Shown: positions 1 to 9,909, counted from the first letter of the stretch. The stretch: DNA of 64,000 nt from Anaerolineales bacterium (GCA_041686005.1 JAWLER010000007.1:8794-72793), one strand, 5' to 3'. Program-made: numbers and translations. The notes: a model not told the origin generated them from the sequence alone.

Positions 1-1
1 G

Positions 2-469
2 AGCGCAGGTCAGGGGCTAGGAGAGGTTAAGGTGTGGGGAAATGAACTAATTCAGAGATGGATACCCACAACGGTTTTAGCAGCCATGACCTTCCCACTG
101 ACCCAGAGCGCCAGCAACGCCATCTGGCAGTCCAAAGTGGCTCCGGACATCCAGGGGCGGGTTTTTTCGGCGCGGAGGTTGATCGCCTGGATGGTCGAAC
201 CGATCATGCCGGTGGTAGCAGGCGCGCTGGCCGATTTTGTGACCGAACCGGCCATGACCTCGCAAACGGGATTGTCCAGAGCTTTTGGATGGCTGGTGGG
301 TACTGGGCCCGGGTCAGGGATGTCTCTGCAGTACCTCGTTTCAGGTCTGGGCTACATTTCCATCGTCGTCATCGCCTGGTTCATCCCCACCCTCCGGGAT
401 GTGGAAGAGATCCTCCCTGATCATGACCAGCTTGAGAAAGCGGGTGAGGAAAAAGCACCAAAAGAGTGA
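2..469 (+). CDS. MFS transporter (MefA/DHA3-like), C-terminal part, truncated by window edge
   Basis: Frame is open from base 2. SNAIWQSKVAPDIQGRVFSARR is typical of the C-terminal half of macrolide-efflux-like MFS proteins. Hydrophobic helices present. Confidence 0.8.
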   Translation, partial: SAGQGLGEVKVWGNELIQRWIPTTVLAAMTFPLTQSASNAIWQSKVAPDIQGRVFSARRLIAWMVEPIMPVVAGALADFVTEPAMTSQTGLSRAFGWLVGTGPGSGMSLQYLVSGLGYISIVVIAWFIPTLRDVEEILPDHDQLEKAGEEKAPKE

Positions 470-565
470 TCCCCAAAAATTGTGGTGTTTTTTGTGAATA
501 AAAAGGGGGCCAGCCGGGAAGGGTGTCTAGACACACATGTGGTTTTAATAATTCCAGCAAGGGGG

Positions 566-1180
566 TTACGACACACGCTGCCGATACAAAGCTGGATCGA
601 CGACGTCGACCATACCATCGATATCAGATTCTAAATCCAAAAATCGCCTTATTTTTTCAATATCCTCCGTTGGATCCCTGAGGATGTCGTTGTAATCACA
701 AATGATATAAGAGACGTTGTCATTTGCATTCATAAACTGGAATACGGAATCCAGATTCTTTTCGAAGATATCTTTCATTTTTTCTTCTTCGACACCTTGA
801 GGACCCTCTCCTCTTCTCTGCAGCATCTTTCGTTGAGAGGATAGAATTTCTTCCATGTTCCGATTCATAAAGACCACTTTGTATTGATAGGCATCCGGGA
901 GATAGGGCAGCAGAGGGGCGATGATTTTCACTGCTTTTCCGACGGCGTCAGATAACCAGGCATGGTTACCCTCCGACAGTTTCTTTACTCTTTCCCATTC
1001 GAAATACCCTCGGGGATTATCTTGATCCGCTTTGCGAAGGTTGTCTGTCAGCAAGGAGATCCCCCCTGCATGAAGGATTTCCATCATCATCGATGTCCCA
1101 GAGCGGGGTAATCCGGAGACAACGATGATTTCTGGCTTCCTGCTTTTCTTGAAGAGGGAACGGATTTTTTTCAGTAGCAT
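566..1180 (-). CDS. Sulfotransferase family protein
   Basis: PAPS-binding P-loop IVVSGLPRSGTSMMM, NPRGYFE motif, VFMNRN..EILSSQ 3'-phosphate motif. Confidence 0.85.
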   Translation of the reverse strand: MLLKKIRSLFKKSRKPEIIVVSGLPRSGTSMMMEILHAGGISLLTDNLRKADQDNPRGYFEWERVKKLSEGNHAWLSDAVGKAVKIIAPLLPYLPDAYQYKVVFMNRNMEEILSSQRKMLQRRGEGPQGVEEEKMKDIFEKNLDSVFQFMNANDNVSYIICDYNDILRDPTEDIEKIRRFLDLESDIDGMVDVVDPALYRQRVS

Positions 1181-1224
1181 TGATCAACTCAATGATGGAT
1201 GCAGGCCTTTTCTATCCTTTGATC

Positions 1225-1809
1225 TCAAGCGAAGTTGCGAATCAGGATCATGATCAGTCCAAGCGCATCGAGGGATAAATAGAGAACCATAAGCGGTGCG
1301 ATCCGGTCCAGAATCGCTGGTATCACGTTTTGACAGGTATCGGAATAGGCAGCGAAATAAGCCGATGATAAGACGATAGGAAGGATTAGAACGCTCAAGG
1401 CACCATATATGAACCACATGGGATTTTGCTTGGTGGTGAGAAATGCGCCTATCTGTGATGAAAACGGCAGCTGGATGATTTCTACATATTGCCCACATAT
1501 CGCGCCTAATATGGTCACCAAGATGAGGACGGACAGCACAGAGACACGTTTGTTTTCTGACCAATTTCTGAGCAAAAGAGAGCCAAACAGGACTGCGACA
1601 ACCCAGATCAAGAGGCTTTCAAGCAGTGAAAACACCAGTTCATATCCTGCGACCCCAATGGCGTCCCAGATATTCGTGCGTTCTGCTACCCAAGGGATAT
1701 CGCGCAATGCCAGGATGATCGACCAGACATGGATAGGGAATGCTGCGGCCACAAAGATCTGCCACAACTCATGTTTTCTGAGGAGAAAATGCTTCTTAAA
1801 GGTAACCAA
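1225..1809 (-). CDS. Hypothetical integral membrane protein (about 5 TM helices)
   Basis: 194 aa with alternating hydrophobic segments. Overlaps the stop of the upstream AlkP gene (operon-like). Confidence 0.7.
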   Translation of the reverse strand: MVTFKKHFLLRKHELWQIFVAAAFPIHVWSIILALRDIPWVAERTNIWDAIGVAGYELVFSLLESLLIWVVAVLFGSLLLRNWSENKRVSVLSVLILVTILGAICGQYVEIIQLPFSSQIGAFLTTKQNPMWFIYGALSVLILPIVLSSAYFAAYSDTCQNVIPAILDRIAPLMVLYLSLDALGLIMILIRNFA

Positions 1810-3631
1810 GTCCCTTTAACCTTTCTTCTAGCGTTTCCTGGTCCTCATCACTGAGTACGGGTTCAGCGGGTTTTTGGTCATCCAGAGCCCTTCCGATGGT
1901 CATGGCTGGGATATCGGTGTAAGATGGGGTGGGGAAATTGCCTAATCCGTGGCTGTTGAAAATAACCCCGGGAACCGCATCCGCGTCGAAGCAATGATCG
2001 GCTCCCCAATGATCTGTATTTTTCCGGATGGTTTTTTCATGCCACCTGCCTATCCCATTCTCGGGAGATGCCCGGTAGCCGGGGGAAAATCCCAAAACCA
2101 GGTCGGGCCCATATTTTGCAAGGGGTCCATGGAATGCTTTTTCATTCCGCTGAACGTTAGCGAATACCTTTCTCCCATCCGGACCGGTCCACTCAAGAAG
2201 CGCAGCCCGCAGCCTCTCGAGGATATCCTGTGACTGGTCATTGGTGACTGTCCCCTGTTTTTCTCGTCCAGCAAGGTTTAGATACAAACTGTTCAATCCG
2301 ATGGCATAGGCTTGACTCCTTCCCCAATCCACCCCTGAAAGGCCCTGGGCGTTGGATTCCCTGGATGGGCTTAGATATCCTTGACGGATGAGCCAGCGAT
2401 TGACGTTAACTTTGAAATCGTAGTTTTGAAAGCCGTGATCTGAAAGGAACATCAGGTTGATCTCGTCCCCATCCGCTTTTGCAGCCAATTTGGCTGTGAT
2501 TCGACCTGCTAGATCGTCCAATTTGAGATACCAGGATTCGACGACCTCGGGCTGGTTTTTCCAGAACATATGTTGGATGCGGTCCAGAGAATCAAACACA
2601 CACGCCAACAGTCCTTCTGTGAAAGAGTCCAGCATGTCCATAAGAACCTGCTCGCGCTGCATACGGATCTGATCGCATAGACGAAGGAATTGGTCCTCGG
2701 TTATGAATCCTTCTTCCAATGCGGTCGTATCTTGAGGCCAACCTAGGGTTAAAAATGGCCCCTGGGTTTTCCAGATCTTTCTGAGCATTCCTTTGGGGGA
2801 CCCGTAAGGCCAGGGGCTTTTTAAAGGGTGGAGTTGTAAAGGCAGGACATAGAGTGCGGGTGCGGGTTGCATTTTTGTCAGGAGGATCCGGGTGACGATT
2901 TTCAATGAAATCAGGAAGCCAATGTTGAAGTTGAGCTCGATCACCGGGCTCCAGATACCCTTTTGGAGATCTAAGACTTGTTTCCCAATCGAAAATTTCG
3001 CGGATTCTTCATCCAAAACCGTCAAGCGGAAATCCAGGGTTGTATCTTTTCTTCTTGAGTGGTTTTGTTGGTCGGGGCCGAACAAAGTTCCTTGGTATAC
3101 ATCCTTTCCTCGTCTGTGAATGCGGGCTGTCCGCGTCTTGAGATTTGCCTCATCGGTAAAGGGTTCTACGGAATAGGAAATACCCGCCCCTAATTTACCG
3201 AATATATCCGGTGTGCCCAGACCGGGGATGGAACGGACAGGCAATCCTAATCGGGCGGGAAAGGTGGCCGGCCACCACAGGGAGGTGGCGGGATAACCGT
3301 CTTTAGCCGCGGCATCGAAAATCGTTTCCGTTTGGTGAGGAGGGATAAATGCCTTACCCAGGATACTCTCTTGGGTCGGCAAGAGGGATACAAATAACCC
3401 ATAGGTTTTCGGGTTCCGATGGACGAAGTCAAAAATGCCGTGCCCGCCAGGGTTCAATCCGGTGGCGATACTGGTCCAGGAGACCTCACTTTGTGGGGGG
3501 TTGGATACTCGCAAAGGGGCATACCCTGAAGATGCCAAGAATCGACTTATATTGGGCATATTCCCCTGGTTATGGAGTTTTTCATATAAGTGGGGATCGA
3601 AGGCGTCAAAGCCGACTAGGATTGTCTTCAT
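1796..3631 (-). CDS. Alkaline phosphatase superfamily protein (type I phosphodiesterase / nucleotide pyrophosphatase-like)
   Basis: N-terminal ILVGFDAFD, PPQSEVSWTSIATGLNPGGHGIFDF (Ser nucleophile), LDRIQH, LSDHGF, W.ADH metal ligands, C-terminal ERLKGLGYL. Confidence 0.85.
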   Translation of the reverse strand: MKTILVGFDAFDPHLYEKLHNQGNMPNISRFLASSGYAPLRVSNPPQSEVSWTSIATGLNPGGHGIFDFVHRNPKTYGLFVSLLPTQESILGKAFIPPHQTETIFDAAAKDGYPATSLWWPATFPARLGLPVRSIPGLGTPDIFGKLGAGISYSVEPFTDEANLKTRTARIHRRGKDVYQGTLFGPDQQNHSRRKDTTLDFRLTVLDEESAKFSIGKQVLDLQKGIWSPVIELNFNIGFLISLKIVTRILLTKMQPAPALYVLPLQLHPLKSPWPYGSPKGMLRKIWKTQGPFLTLGWPQDTTALEEGFITEDQFLRLCDQIRMQREQVLMDMLDSFTEGLLACVFDSLDRIQHMFWKNQPEVVESWYLKLDDLAGRITAKLAAKADGDEINLMFLSDHGFQNYDFKVNVNRWLIRQGYLSPSRESNAQGLSGVDWGRSQAYAIGLNSLYLNLAGREKQGTVTNDQSQDILERLRAALLEWTGPDGRKVFANVQRNEKAFHGPLAKYGPDLVLGFSPGYRASPENGIGRWHEKTIRKNTDHWGADHCFDADAVPGVIFNSHGLGNFPTPSYTDIPAMTIGRALDDQKPAEPVLSDEDQETLEERLKGLGYL

Positions 3632-3731
3632 ATATTTCTGTATCTTTGGAAAACAGTAACTAGCATCCTAAGCTGGTTCCATAAGAAGTATCTGTATACT
3701 ATCCCTGTCAGGCGAGGATCGATCCGATTCA

Positions 3732-3932
3732 TTAATCCCCCTTGACCTCTTCTGAACCGGCTGTGTTGCCTGGGGGGTCTTTTGGATTTGTCTTTTCGCG
3801 GAGAGATCGTCGCAGTCGGGCAAACCACATTTTGATTTTCCTGGAGAAGATCAGTACAGCCCCGGAAATCACTCCAAAGGCTATCAGCAAAACTTGAAGC
3901 AGCAACCCCCCGAAATTTGGGTCGATGTACAT
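3732..3932 (-). CDS. Small single-pass membrane protein with N-terminal YIDP motif
   Basis: 66 aa: MYIDPNFGGLLLQ, one TM helix and a basic tail. AAGGA RBS upstream. Confidence 0.7.
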   Translation of the reverse strand: MYIDPNFGGLLLQVLLIAFGVISGAVLIFSRKIKMWFARLRRSLREKTNPKDPPGNTAGSEEVKGD

Positions 3933-4115
3933 ATTTGTTTTCCTTAACTTGACTGCGTCATCCTATTTTATATGGTCCCGGCAACCTTAGCGGATATCGT
4001 TTCATTTGAAAAGGAGGAAATCTGGGATTGATCCCCTCTTCCATGTCTCTCCACCTAGTATTGGACCATATAGGACAATCTATTTCACTTGGGAATAAAT
4101 GTATCCATCGGATGC

Positions 4116-5642
4116 CTAGCGATATGGTTCATCAGCGGCACGAATTTGTGTCTCTAACTCCTCCAAAAGCCGCCTTGTGACTTGCGGATGGCTGGTGGAC
4201 ATTTCATGCATTTCTTCGGGATCTTGATCGATATCATAGAGTTCGACGAGAGGGTCGCTTTGGGGAAGGTGTCGGTATCCGGAGTATTTTGTTAATTTAT
4301 ATCCTCCTTTGATGATCATAGCACTCCCTGCGTTGAGGGGGAGGAGCGATTTATTAGTTTTTGCCTCTAGGGCATATAAACTGCGTCCGTCTGGTGGTGA
4401 ACCATAGGGCGGTAAAACGAACCCTTCAGCCCAAGGGGGGATTTTCTTCCCTGTCCAATGCAGTATGGTTGGTAGTAGGTCTACAGCGTTTGTTTTGGAG
4501 TAAACATCTTTTCTATGTTTTTGACCGGGTTCAAAGATCAGCAGGGGGACCCTGACGACGGGTTCATGCAAACAAGGCGTCATATGACCCATGATCCCCC
4601 GCTCAAACATCTCCCCATGGTCTGAGGTGAGGATAAGATACGTGTTGTCCAGGGCTCCATTTTTCTCTAGTGCCCGGTACAACCGATTAAATTCTGAGTC
4701 CACGTAGAGGATAAACTCATCGTACGCTCTGCGGTGGGGATCCATATTTTGGAAATGTTTTTCCCGTCCGACCTTGGCCAGAGGATGTTTGGGTTTGCTT
4801 ATCGTTTGGATATCCTTATCAAGGAAGATTTCGTGAAATTCACCCCGCGTGTGGTACGGGGCGTGGGGGGGAAGGAGGTGAAAATATCCCAGGAAGGGAT
4901 TTGGTGGATTGGTGAGGATATGCTTCATCCAATCCACAGCGTCTTCCAAGAGGAAAGTATCCACTGAGGAGACTGGTAAACCAAGCGGGAACACCTTTTC
5001 TAACAATGTATTTTTTTTATCATTGATATATGAGATAAGCTCCGCCAGGAACAGGGAAGATTGGAGACCGTGATCGATGTGACCGCTGATCCTTGCCCAA
5101 CTCACGGTTGCGGTATCTTGATCATTTGCGAATAATTTCGAGAGCCACTTGTTTTTTCCTCGGGTGAGATCCTCCCGGGGTTTATAGAGGTCAATGTCCT
5201 CCATAAACTGATCCTGGAGGATATTGACAAGCTGGTTGTGGCTGTAGGTGATCCGGAAGAAATCATCCATGAGATGAAATATGTTTTTGGTTTGGAAGTC
5301 ATTGTGGACCTTGTTGTTGATTTGGATCGCGCGATGGGTCCAGGGGTATGTTCCCGTGAGCAATGAAGCGGTTCCCGAGGTGGTGAAATTGCCGGCTGCG
5401 TAGTGGTTGTGATACACCGTAGCCCTGTCAGCCAAAGCCTCCAGATGTGGCGTCGTCTTTCGGGGATAACCATATAGGGAGATATTGGAGGTTGAGAAAG
5501 CGTCGAAGACAATCATCAGGACATTAGGGTAGGTTTCTTCCAACACCTTTCGTTTAGGCAGGCTACCCCTTGCCTTGGAAAAAATAAAAGGCATTAACCC
5601 TAGAATCTTGAGGAAGTCACGCCGGTTTATGTGGTGGACCAT
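4116..5642 (-). CDS. Sulfatase-like hydrolase/transferase with twin-arginine-like N-terminus
   Basis: RRDFLK, PNVLMIVFDA, TTSGTASLLTG (non-canonical sulfatase signature), PPHAPY, TSDHGE, ELYD...DPEE. Confidence 0.85.
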   Translation of the reverse strand: MVHHINRRDFLKILGLMPFIFSKARGSLPKRKVLEETYPNVLMIVFDAFSTSNISLYGYPRKTTPHLEALADRATVYHNHYAAGNFTTSGTASLLTGTYPWTHRAIQINNKVHNDFQTKNIFHLMDDFFRITYSHNQLVNILQDQFMEDIDLYKPREDLTRGKNKWLSKLFANDQDTATVSWARISGHIDHGLQSSLFLAELISYINDKKNTLLEKVFPLGLPVSSVDTFLLEDAVDWMKHILTNPPNPFLGYFHLLPPHAPYHTRGEFHEIFLDKDIQTISKPKHPLAKVGREKHFQNMDPHRRAYDEFILYVDSEFNRLYRALEKNGALDNTYLILTSDHGEMFERGIMGHMTPCLHEPVVRVPLLIFEPGQKHRKDVYSKTNAVDLLPTILHWTGKKIPPWAEGFVLPPYGSPPDGRSLYALEAKTNKSLLPLNAGSAMIIKGGYKLTKYSGYRHLPQSDPLVELYDIDQDPEEMHEMSTSHPQVTRRLLEELETQIRAADEPYR

Positions 5643-5666
5643 TTTTTCATCTCTATACCAGTTATG

Positions 5667-7253
5667 TCAGTTGATTTTTTTATGGTAATCTTCCCAAAAA
5701 GGTGCCCGGAGATCGCGCTTAAGTATTTTACCTGTACCTCCTTTAAGGAAAGCATCCCGGAATTCGACAGTTTTAGGCGCTTTGTAATGGGCTAGGTGAT
5801 GCCGGACAAAATCGATGATCTCTTCTGCTGATGCACTCTTTCCCGGTTTGAGAACCACCAATGCTTTGGGGACCTCGCCCCATTTTTCATCTGGAACGCC
5901 TATGACAACAACCTCAAAGACGGCAGGATGGTTCTGGATGACCTTTTCAACCTCTACGGAGGAGATATTTTCACCACCGGAGATGATGATGTCTTTTTTG
6001 CGGTCCACAATGGTGATGTATCCTTCTTCGTCGACCACTGCCATATCCCCGGTATGAAGCCAGCCATCTCTTATGGTTGCTTCTGTTTCCTCCTGATCTT
6101 TTAAATACCTGTCCATGACCTGGTTACCCCGGACCACGATTTCACCGATCGACTTCTCATCGCGGGGGACGTCATTCCCTTCTTCATCGGTGACTCGTAT
6201 CCGAACACCCACCAGCGGCAAGCCTGTTTTCACCTGGTAAGATCGGCGTGTGGCGGTGTCATGAGTTAGATAAGGTTTGGGTCTGGCGATGACGATAAAC
6301 GGGCAGGTCTCGGTTAACCCATATCCCACATATGCGTGGCAGCCTATTTTCTCTTCGATCCCCTCGATCAAAGCGTAGGGGGAAGGCGCTCCACCGATGA
6401 TCACTTCTCGCAAACTGCTCAGGTCATATTTGTTTAAATCCGGATGATGGATTAAGCCATTGAAGATGGTGGGCACACCCAACAGCTTGGTGATCTTTTC
6501 GGTTTCAATCAACCGAAGCATTTCTCCATAATCTATCTTCCGCATCATGACGTGTTTCCCGCCTACAGCCGTCAGGAACTGGGGTGTGCCCCAGCCGTTG
6601 ACATGAAAGAGGGGCACGACATGCAGGAGATTGTCCTCGTCGCTGATCTGGAATCCGTTGATGGCCGTCAAGGTATGGATATAGAGCGAGCGATTTGTGA
6701 TCGCCACACCCTTTGGATCACCTGTTGTGCCGGAGGTGTAGAAAAGTTCGACAACCGCGTTCTCATCCACCGCATCCAGGTCCACTTCCGCTGTTGGGGA
6801 GGCATCTTCTAAGAGATCTTCGTATTTGTGAGCCCAGGGGAGGGGATCTTCGGATTCCACGATGATGAAATGATGGATGTCGTTCAATTCCCCGCGCATT
6901 TTATCGATGGTGGGATTAAAATCCTTGTGAAAGCACAACACCCGGCTCTCGGCATGGTTGAGAATGTAAGAGATCTCATGATGGGAGAGGCGGATGTTAA
7001 TGGGATTCAGGACAGCTTTGATTTGGGGGACCGCGTAATAGGCTTCCAGGAGTTGGTGGGAATTATAGGTGAGGAAAGAGACCACATCCCCTTCATTAAC
7101 CCCCAACTTGTGGAGGGCATTCGCGAAGCGGTTGACGTGTTGATCGAATTCTTGATAGGTGAAGCGCAGATCCCCATCCACCACCCCTACTTTTTGTCCG
7201 TATAGGGAGGTTGCGCGCTGACGGAATTCCAATGGATTCAAGGGGACGATCAT
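5667..7253 (-). CDS. AMP-forming (long-chain-fatty-acid-type) acyl-CoA ligase
   Basis: YTSGTTGDPKG, YGLTET, GWLHTGD, DRKKDIIISGGENI and TGKILK adenylate-forming motifs. GAGGAGG RBS. Confidence 0.92.
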   Translation of the reverse strand: MIVPLNPLEFRQRATSLYGQKVGVVDGDLRFTYQEFDQHVNRFANALHKLGVNEGDVVSFLTYNSHQLLEAYYAVPQIKAVLNPINIRLSHHEISYILNHAESRVLCFHKDFNPTIDKMRGELNDIHHFIIVESEDPLPWAHKYEDLLEDASPTAEVDLDAVDENAVVELFYTSGTTGDPKGVAITNRSLYIHTLTAINGFQISDEDNLLHVVPLFHVNGWGTPQFLTAVGGKHVMMRKIDYGEMLRLIETEKITKLLGVPTIFNGLIHHPDLNKYDLSSLREVIIGGAPSPYALIEGIEEKIGCHAYVGYGLTETCPFIVIARPKPYLTHDTATRRSYQVKTGLPLVGVRIRVTDEEGNDVPRDEKSIGEIVVRGNQVMDRYLKDQEETEATIRDGWLHTGDMAVVDEEGYITIVDRKKDIIISGGENISSVEVEKVIQNHPAVFEVVVIGVPDEKWGEVPKALVVLKPGKSASAEEIIDFVRHHLAHYKAPKTVEFRDAFLKGGTGKILKRDLRAPFWEDYHKKIN

Positions 7254-7342
7254 CACTTCCTCCTCAAATATATGTCATTAGTATGGGAAAATATACCCAA
7301 AGGGGTTGAAAGTTTTCAATTTTATTTTATATTAATAATAAC

Positions 7343-7360
7343 AGACAGACCAGTCTGTCT
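7343..7360. promoter_or_regulatory. Palindromic operator (probable TetR site) between the divergent ligase and tetR
   Basis: Perfect inverted repeat AGACAGAC-CA-GTCTGTCT just downstream of an AT-rich promoter-like tract. Confidence 0.7.
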
Positions 7361-7380
7361 CAATAGTGGAGGGTGAAATC

Positions 7381-7989
7381 ATGTGTGAGTTAAAAGATAA
7401 TATCATCCACGAGGCGCAAAAATTATTTTCCTTGAATGGGTATTTGAACACCGGTGTGAATGAGATCATCGAGGCCTCTGGAACTTCCAAAGGCGGCTTT
7501 TATAACCATTTTGCGAGCAAAGAGGAATTGTTCTTGGAAGTCCTTACCCAGGCGCAGAAGATATGGCGGGGAAGAGTCTTTCATGGACTTGATGAGATCG
7601 AGAGCCCAACGGAAAAAATCATTCAGATGCTCACAAATTATCGAGATCGCTATATCAAGGACACAGAGAATTTCCCTGGGGGGTGTATTTTCTTGACCTT
7701 TTCTGTGGAGTTGGATGATACCCGACCACATTTAGCAAAAGAGGTGTACAAAGGCTTTGCAGGTTTCAAAGGTTTGTTGAAGGAGCTGTTGGAGGAAGCC
7801 AAAAAGCAAGGCGAAGTATCTAATGATCTGGAACCGGAAGAAGTCTCTGAAATGATATTTGCGGGTATGTTGGGAGCTGCTGTCCAATTTGGGATCGACA
7901 AATCCATTCCTATCCTAAATCGGTCATTTCATTCTTTGATCAAATATATTCAATCATTCAGAGAGAAGCAGTTGTTACGTCAGAAATAG
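7381..7989 (+). CDS. TetR/AcrR family transcriptional regulator
   Basis: HTH ..TGVNEIIEASGTSKGGFYNHFASKEEL and a GGC motif in the C-terminal domain. Confidence 0.93.
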   Translation: MCELKDNIIHEAQKLFSLNGYLNTGVNEIIEASGTSKGGFYNHFASKEELFLEVLTQAQKIWRGRVFHGLDEIESPTEKIIQMLTNYRDRYIKDTENFPGGCIFLTFSVELDDTRPHLAKEVYKGFAGFKGLLKELLEEAKKQGEVSNDLEPEEVSEMIFAGMLGAAVQFGIDKSIPILNRSFHSLIKYIQSFREKQLLRQK

Positions 7990-8151
7990 GAAAAGCCGAA
8001 CCATTCCCTCCAGTGATGTTAAGGGAATCACGGTGTATGGTCATTGGATATTAGATAGGAGGAGGTGATATCTTCAGTTGAAACATAAAACCAAGAACAG
8101 TAAGTTCAATCTAATCTGGCTGTACCAGAATGACAATAAAAGGAGGATGTC

Positions 8152-9858
8152 ATGAGAAGCAAATACTGGAGATGGATCTCCCTTCTAACCATCATCGCGT
8201 TGATCATTCCAGTCTTAGCAGCCTGCCAACCCGCAACACCCACCGAGGTCGAAGAAGAGCCCACAGCGGAACCCACGGAACCTCCCGAACCCACAGAACC
8301 ACCTGAACCCACAGAACCACCTGAACCCACGCCTACACCTGGACCGGTGACCATGCGCGTGGGTACGACGTGGATCTGGGATGGTCTGAACCTGGGGGTG
8401 GAAGCGACCGGGTGGCTTCCCTACCGTTTGATCTTCGATTCCATCGTTGAATTTGGACCCAATGGTTCCTTCATACCAGGGCTGGCGAAAGACTGGTCGG
8501 TGGACGAATCGGGATTGGTTTGGACGTTCAACATCCAAGAAGACGTGACGTTCCATGATGGCACCCCGTGTACGGCGGAAGATATCGCGTGGAGCCTGAC
8601 CTGGATGGAGGAGGTAGGTTTCGACAGCATCGCCTATATGTGGGCGGGTTTATTTGAAGAGGTCAAGGCCTTAGATGAAACGACCCTGCAAATCACTACC
8701 AAATCTCCTGTCAGCTACATGGAATATGTATTGTCCTATTCCTTTGTCGTGCCCAGAAGCGTGTGGGGGGAGATCACGGACAATGAAACCATGGCCAATT
8801 ACACGGAAGAGGATGCGACGATAGGCACCGGTCCCTTCAAGTTTGTGGAATGGGTCCCGGATGAATACCTCATCATGGAGAGAAATGAAGACTATTGGGG
8901 CGAGGTACCTGCTTTCGATGAGTTGATTTTCCAGCAGTATGCCACCGAAGATGCCATGGTCAGCGCTCTCCGGGCTGGGGAAATTGACGGCGTGACGGTT
9001 GTTCCTGCTACCGCTGTGGACACCTTGCAGGGGGAAGAGAATATCAAAGTAAACATTTGGGATGGTTGGGGCGTTCATGAGATGACCATCAACTCTTATG
9101 CAGAGGGAACACAACCGGAAAGTTTGGGTGATCCCATCGTCAGAAAAGCCATGGAATACGCCATTGATCGCGAGAAGATCAATGAGGTGGTTTTCATGGG
9201 CTACAATACACCTGCCACCACTTTTATCGCACCGATCTTGGGGAAGTGGCATAACGACGAGCTCGAGACCATTTCCTTTGACATAGACATGGCCAACCAA
9301 ACCCTAGATGATGCAGGATACACGGATAGTGACGGGGATGGTCTGCGTGAGTGGTCCGACGGCAGCCCCCTGCAGTATCGTTTCTTGATCGATGATACAG
9401 CCCTCAGCGCTCGTCTGGCTGAAGTGGTCGAAAGCGGATTTTCCCAAGCTGGCATTGGTCTTGATATCCAGGCTGTAGACTACAATACCCAGATGACCAA
9501 CGTTTTCTATTACTATGACTATGATCTCACCTACTGGTATTGGGGTGCTGATCCGGATCCAGATTTCTTAGGGACTGTCTTTTCTTGTGATCAGCTCTGG
9601 TGGTGGAATGACTCCGGGTATTGCGATGAAGAATACGACGAAATGTACCAGGCTTCTCGTACCGCGATCGATGAAGAGGAGCGCCAAGGGTACGTATGGC
9701 AGATGCAGGAAAAGATCTACAACGATCGACCCTGGATCGTCCTACTCTACGGTAGTGTGATATCCGCTTATCGAACGGATCGCTTCACGGGCTTCAGCCC
9801 TGATGCGCGCTATATATTCGGTAAGTGGTCCATCCTCCAGGCCGAACCCATCCAGTAA
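8152..9858 (+). CDS. ABC transporter substrate-binding lipoprotein, family 5 (DppA/OppA-like)
   Basis: Lipobox VLAAC, PGLAKDW, VTFHDGTP.TAEDI, IGTGPFKFVEW. AAGGAGG RBS. Confidence 0.92.
   Translation: MRSKYWRWISLLTIIALIIPVLAACQPATPTEVEEEPTAEPTEPPEPTEPPEPTEPPEPTPTPGPVTMRVGTTWIWDGLNLGVEATGWLPYRLIFDSIVEFGPNGSFIPGLAKDWSVDESGLVWTFNIQEDVTFHDGTPCTAEDIAWSLTWMEEVGFDSIAYMWAGLFEEVKALDETTLQITTKSPVSYMEYVLSYSFVVPRSVWGEITDNETMANYTEEDATIGTGPFKFVEWVPDEYLIMERNEDYWGEVPAFDELIFQQYATEDAMVSALRAGEIDGVTVVPATAVDTLQGEENIKVNIWDGWGVHEMTINSYAEGTQPESLGDPIVRKAMEYAIDREKINEVVFMGYNTPATTFIAPILGKWHNDELETISFDIDMANQTLDDAGYTDSDGDGLREWSDGSPLQYRFLIDDTALSARLAEVVESGFSQAGIGLDIQAVDYNTQMTNVFYYYDYDLTYWYWGADPDPDFLGTVFSCDQLWWWNDSGYCDEEYDEMYQASRTAIDEEERQGYVWQMQEKIYNDRPWIVLLYGSVISAYRTDRFTGFSPDARYIFGKWSILQAEPIQ
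8269..8330 (+). repeat. 18-bp tandem repeat encoding an (EPTEPP)n linker
   Basis: GAACCCAC(A/G)GAACC(A/T)CC(C/T), three copies plus a partial copy. Confidence 0.85.
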
Positions 9859-9870
9859 TGTCGTTGAATA

Positions 9871-9909
9871 GGGTCTGATCGGTCAAGGATGCCTTGGCCG
9901 ATCAGATCT
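9871..9909 (+). promoter_or_regulatory. Intercistronic stem-loop after the SBP gene (probable mRNA-stabilising hairpin)
   Basis: GTCTGATCGGTCAAGG-ATG-CCTTGGCCGATCAGAT inverted repeat with no U-tract. Confidence 0.55.

Noticed and set aside
8269-8330. CRISPR-like or contingency repeat
   Set aside because: In-frame 18-bp coding repeat for a Pro/Thr/Glu linker, with no spacers.
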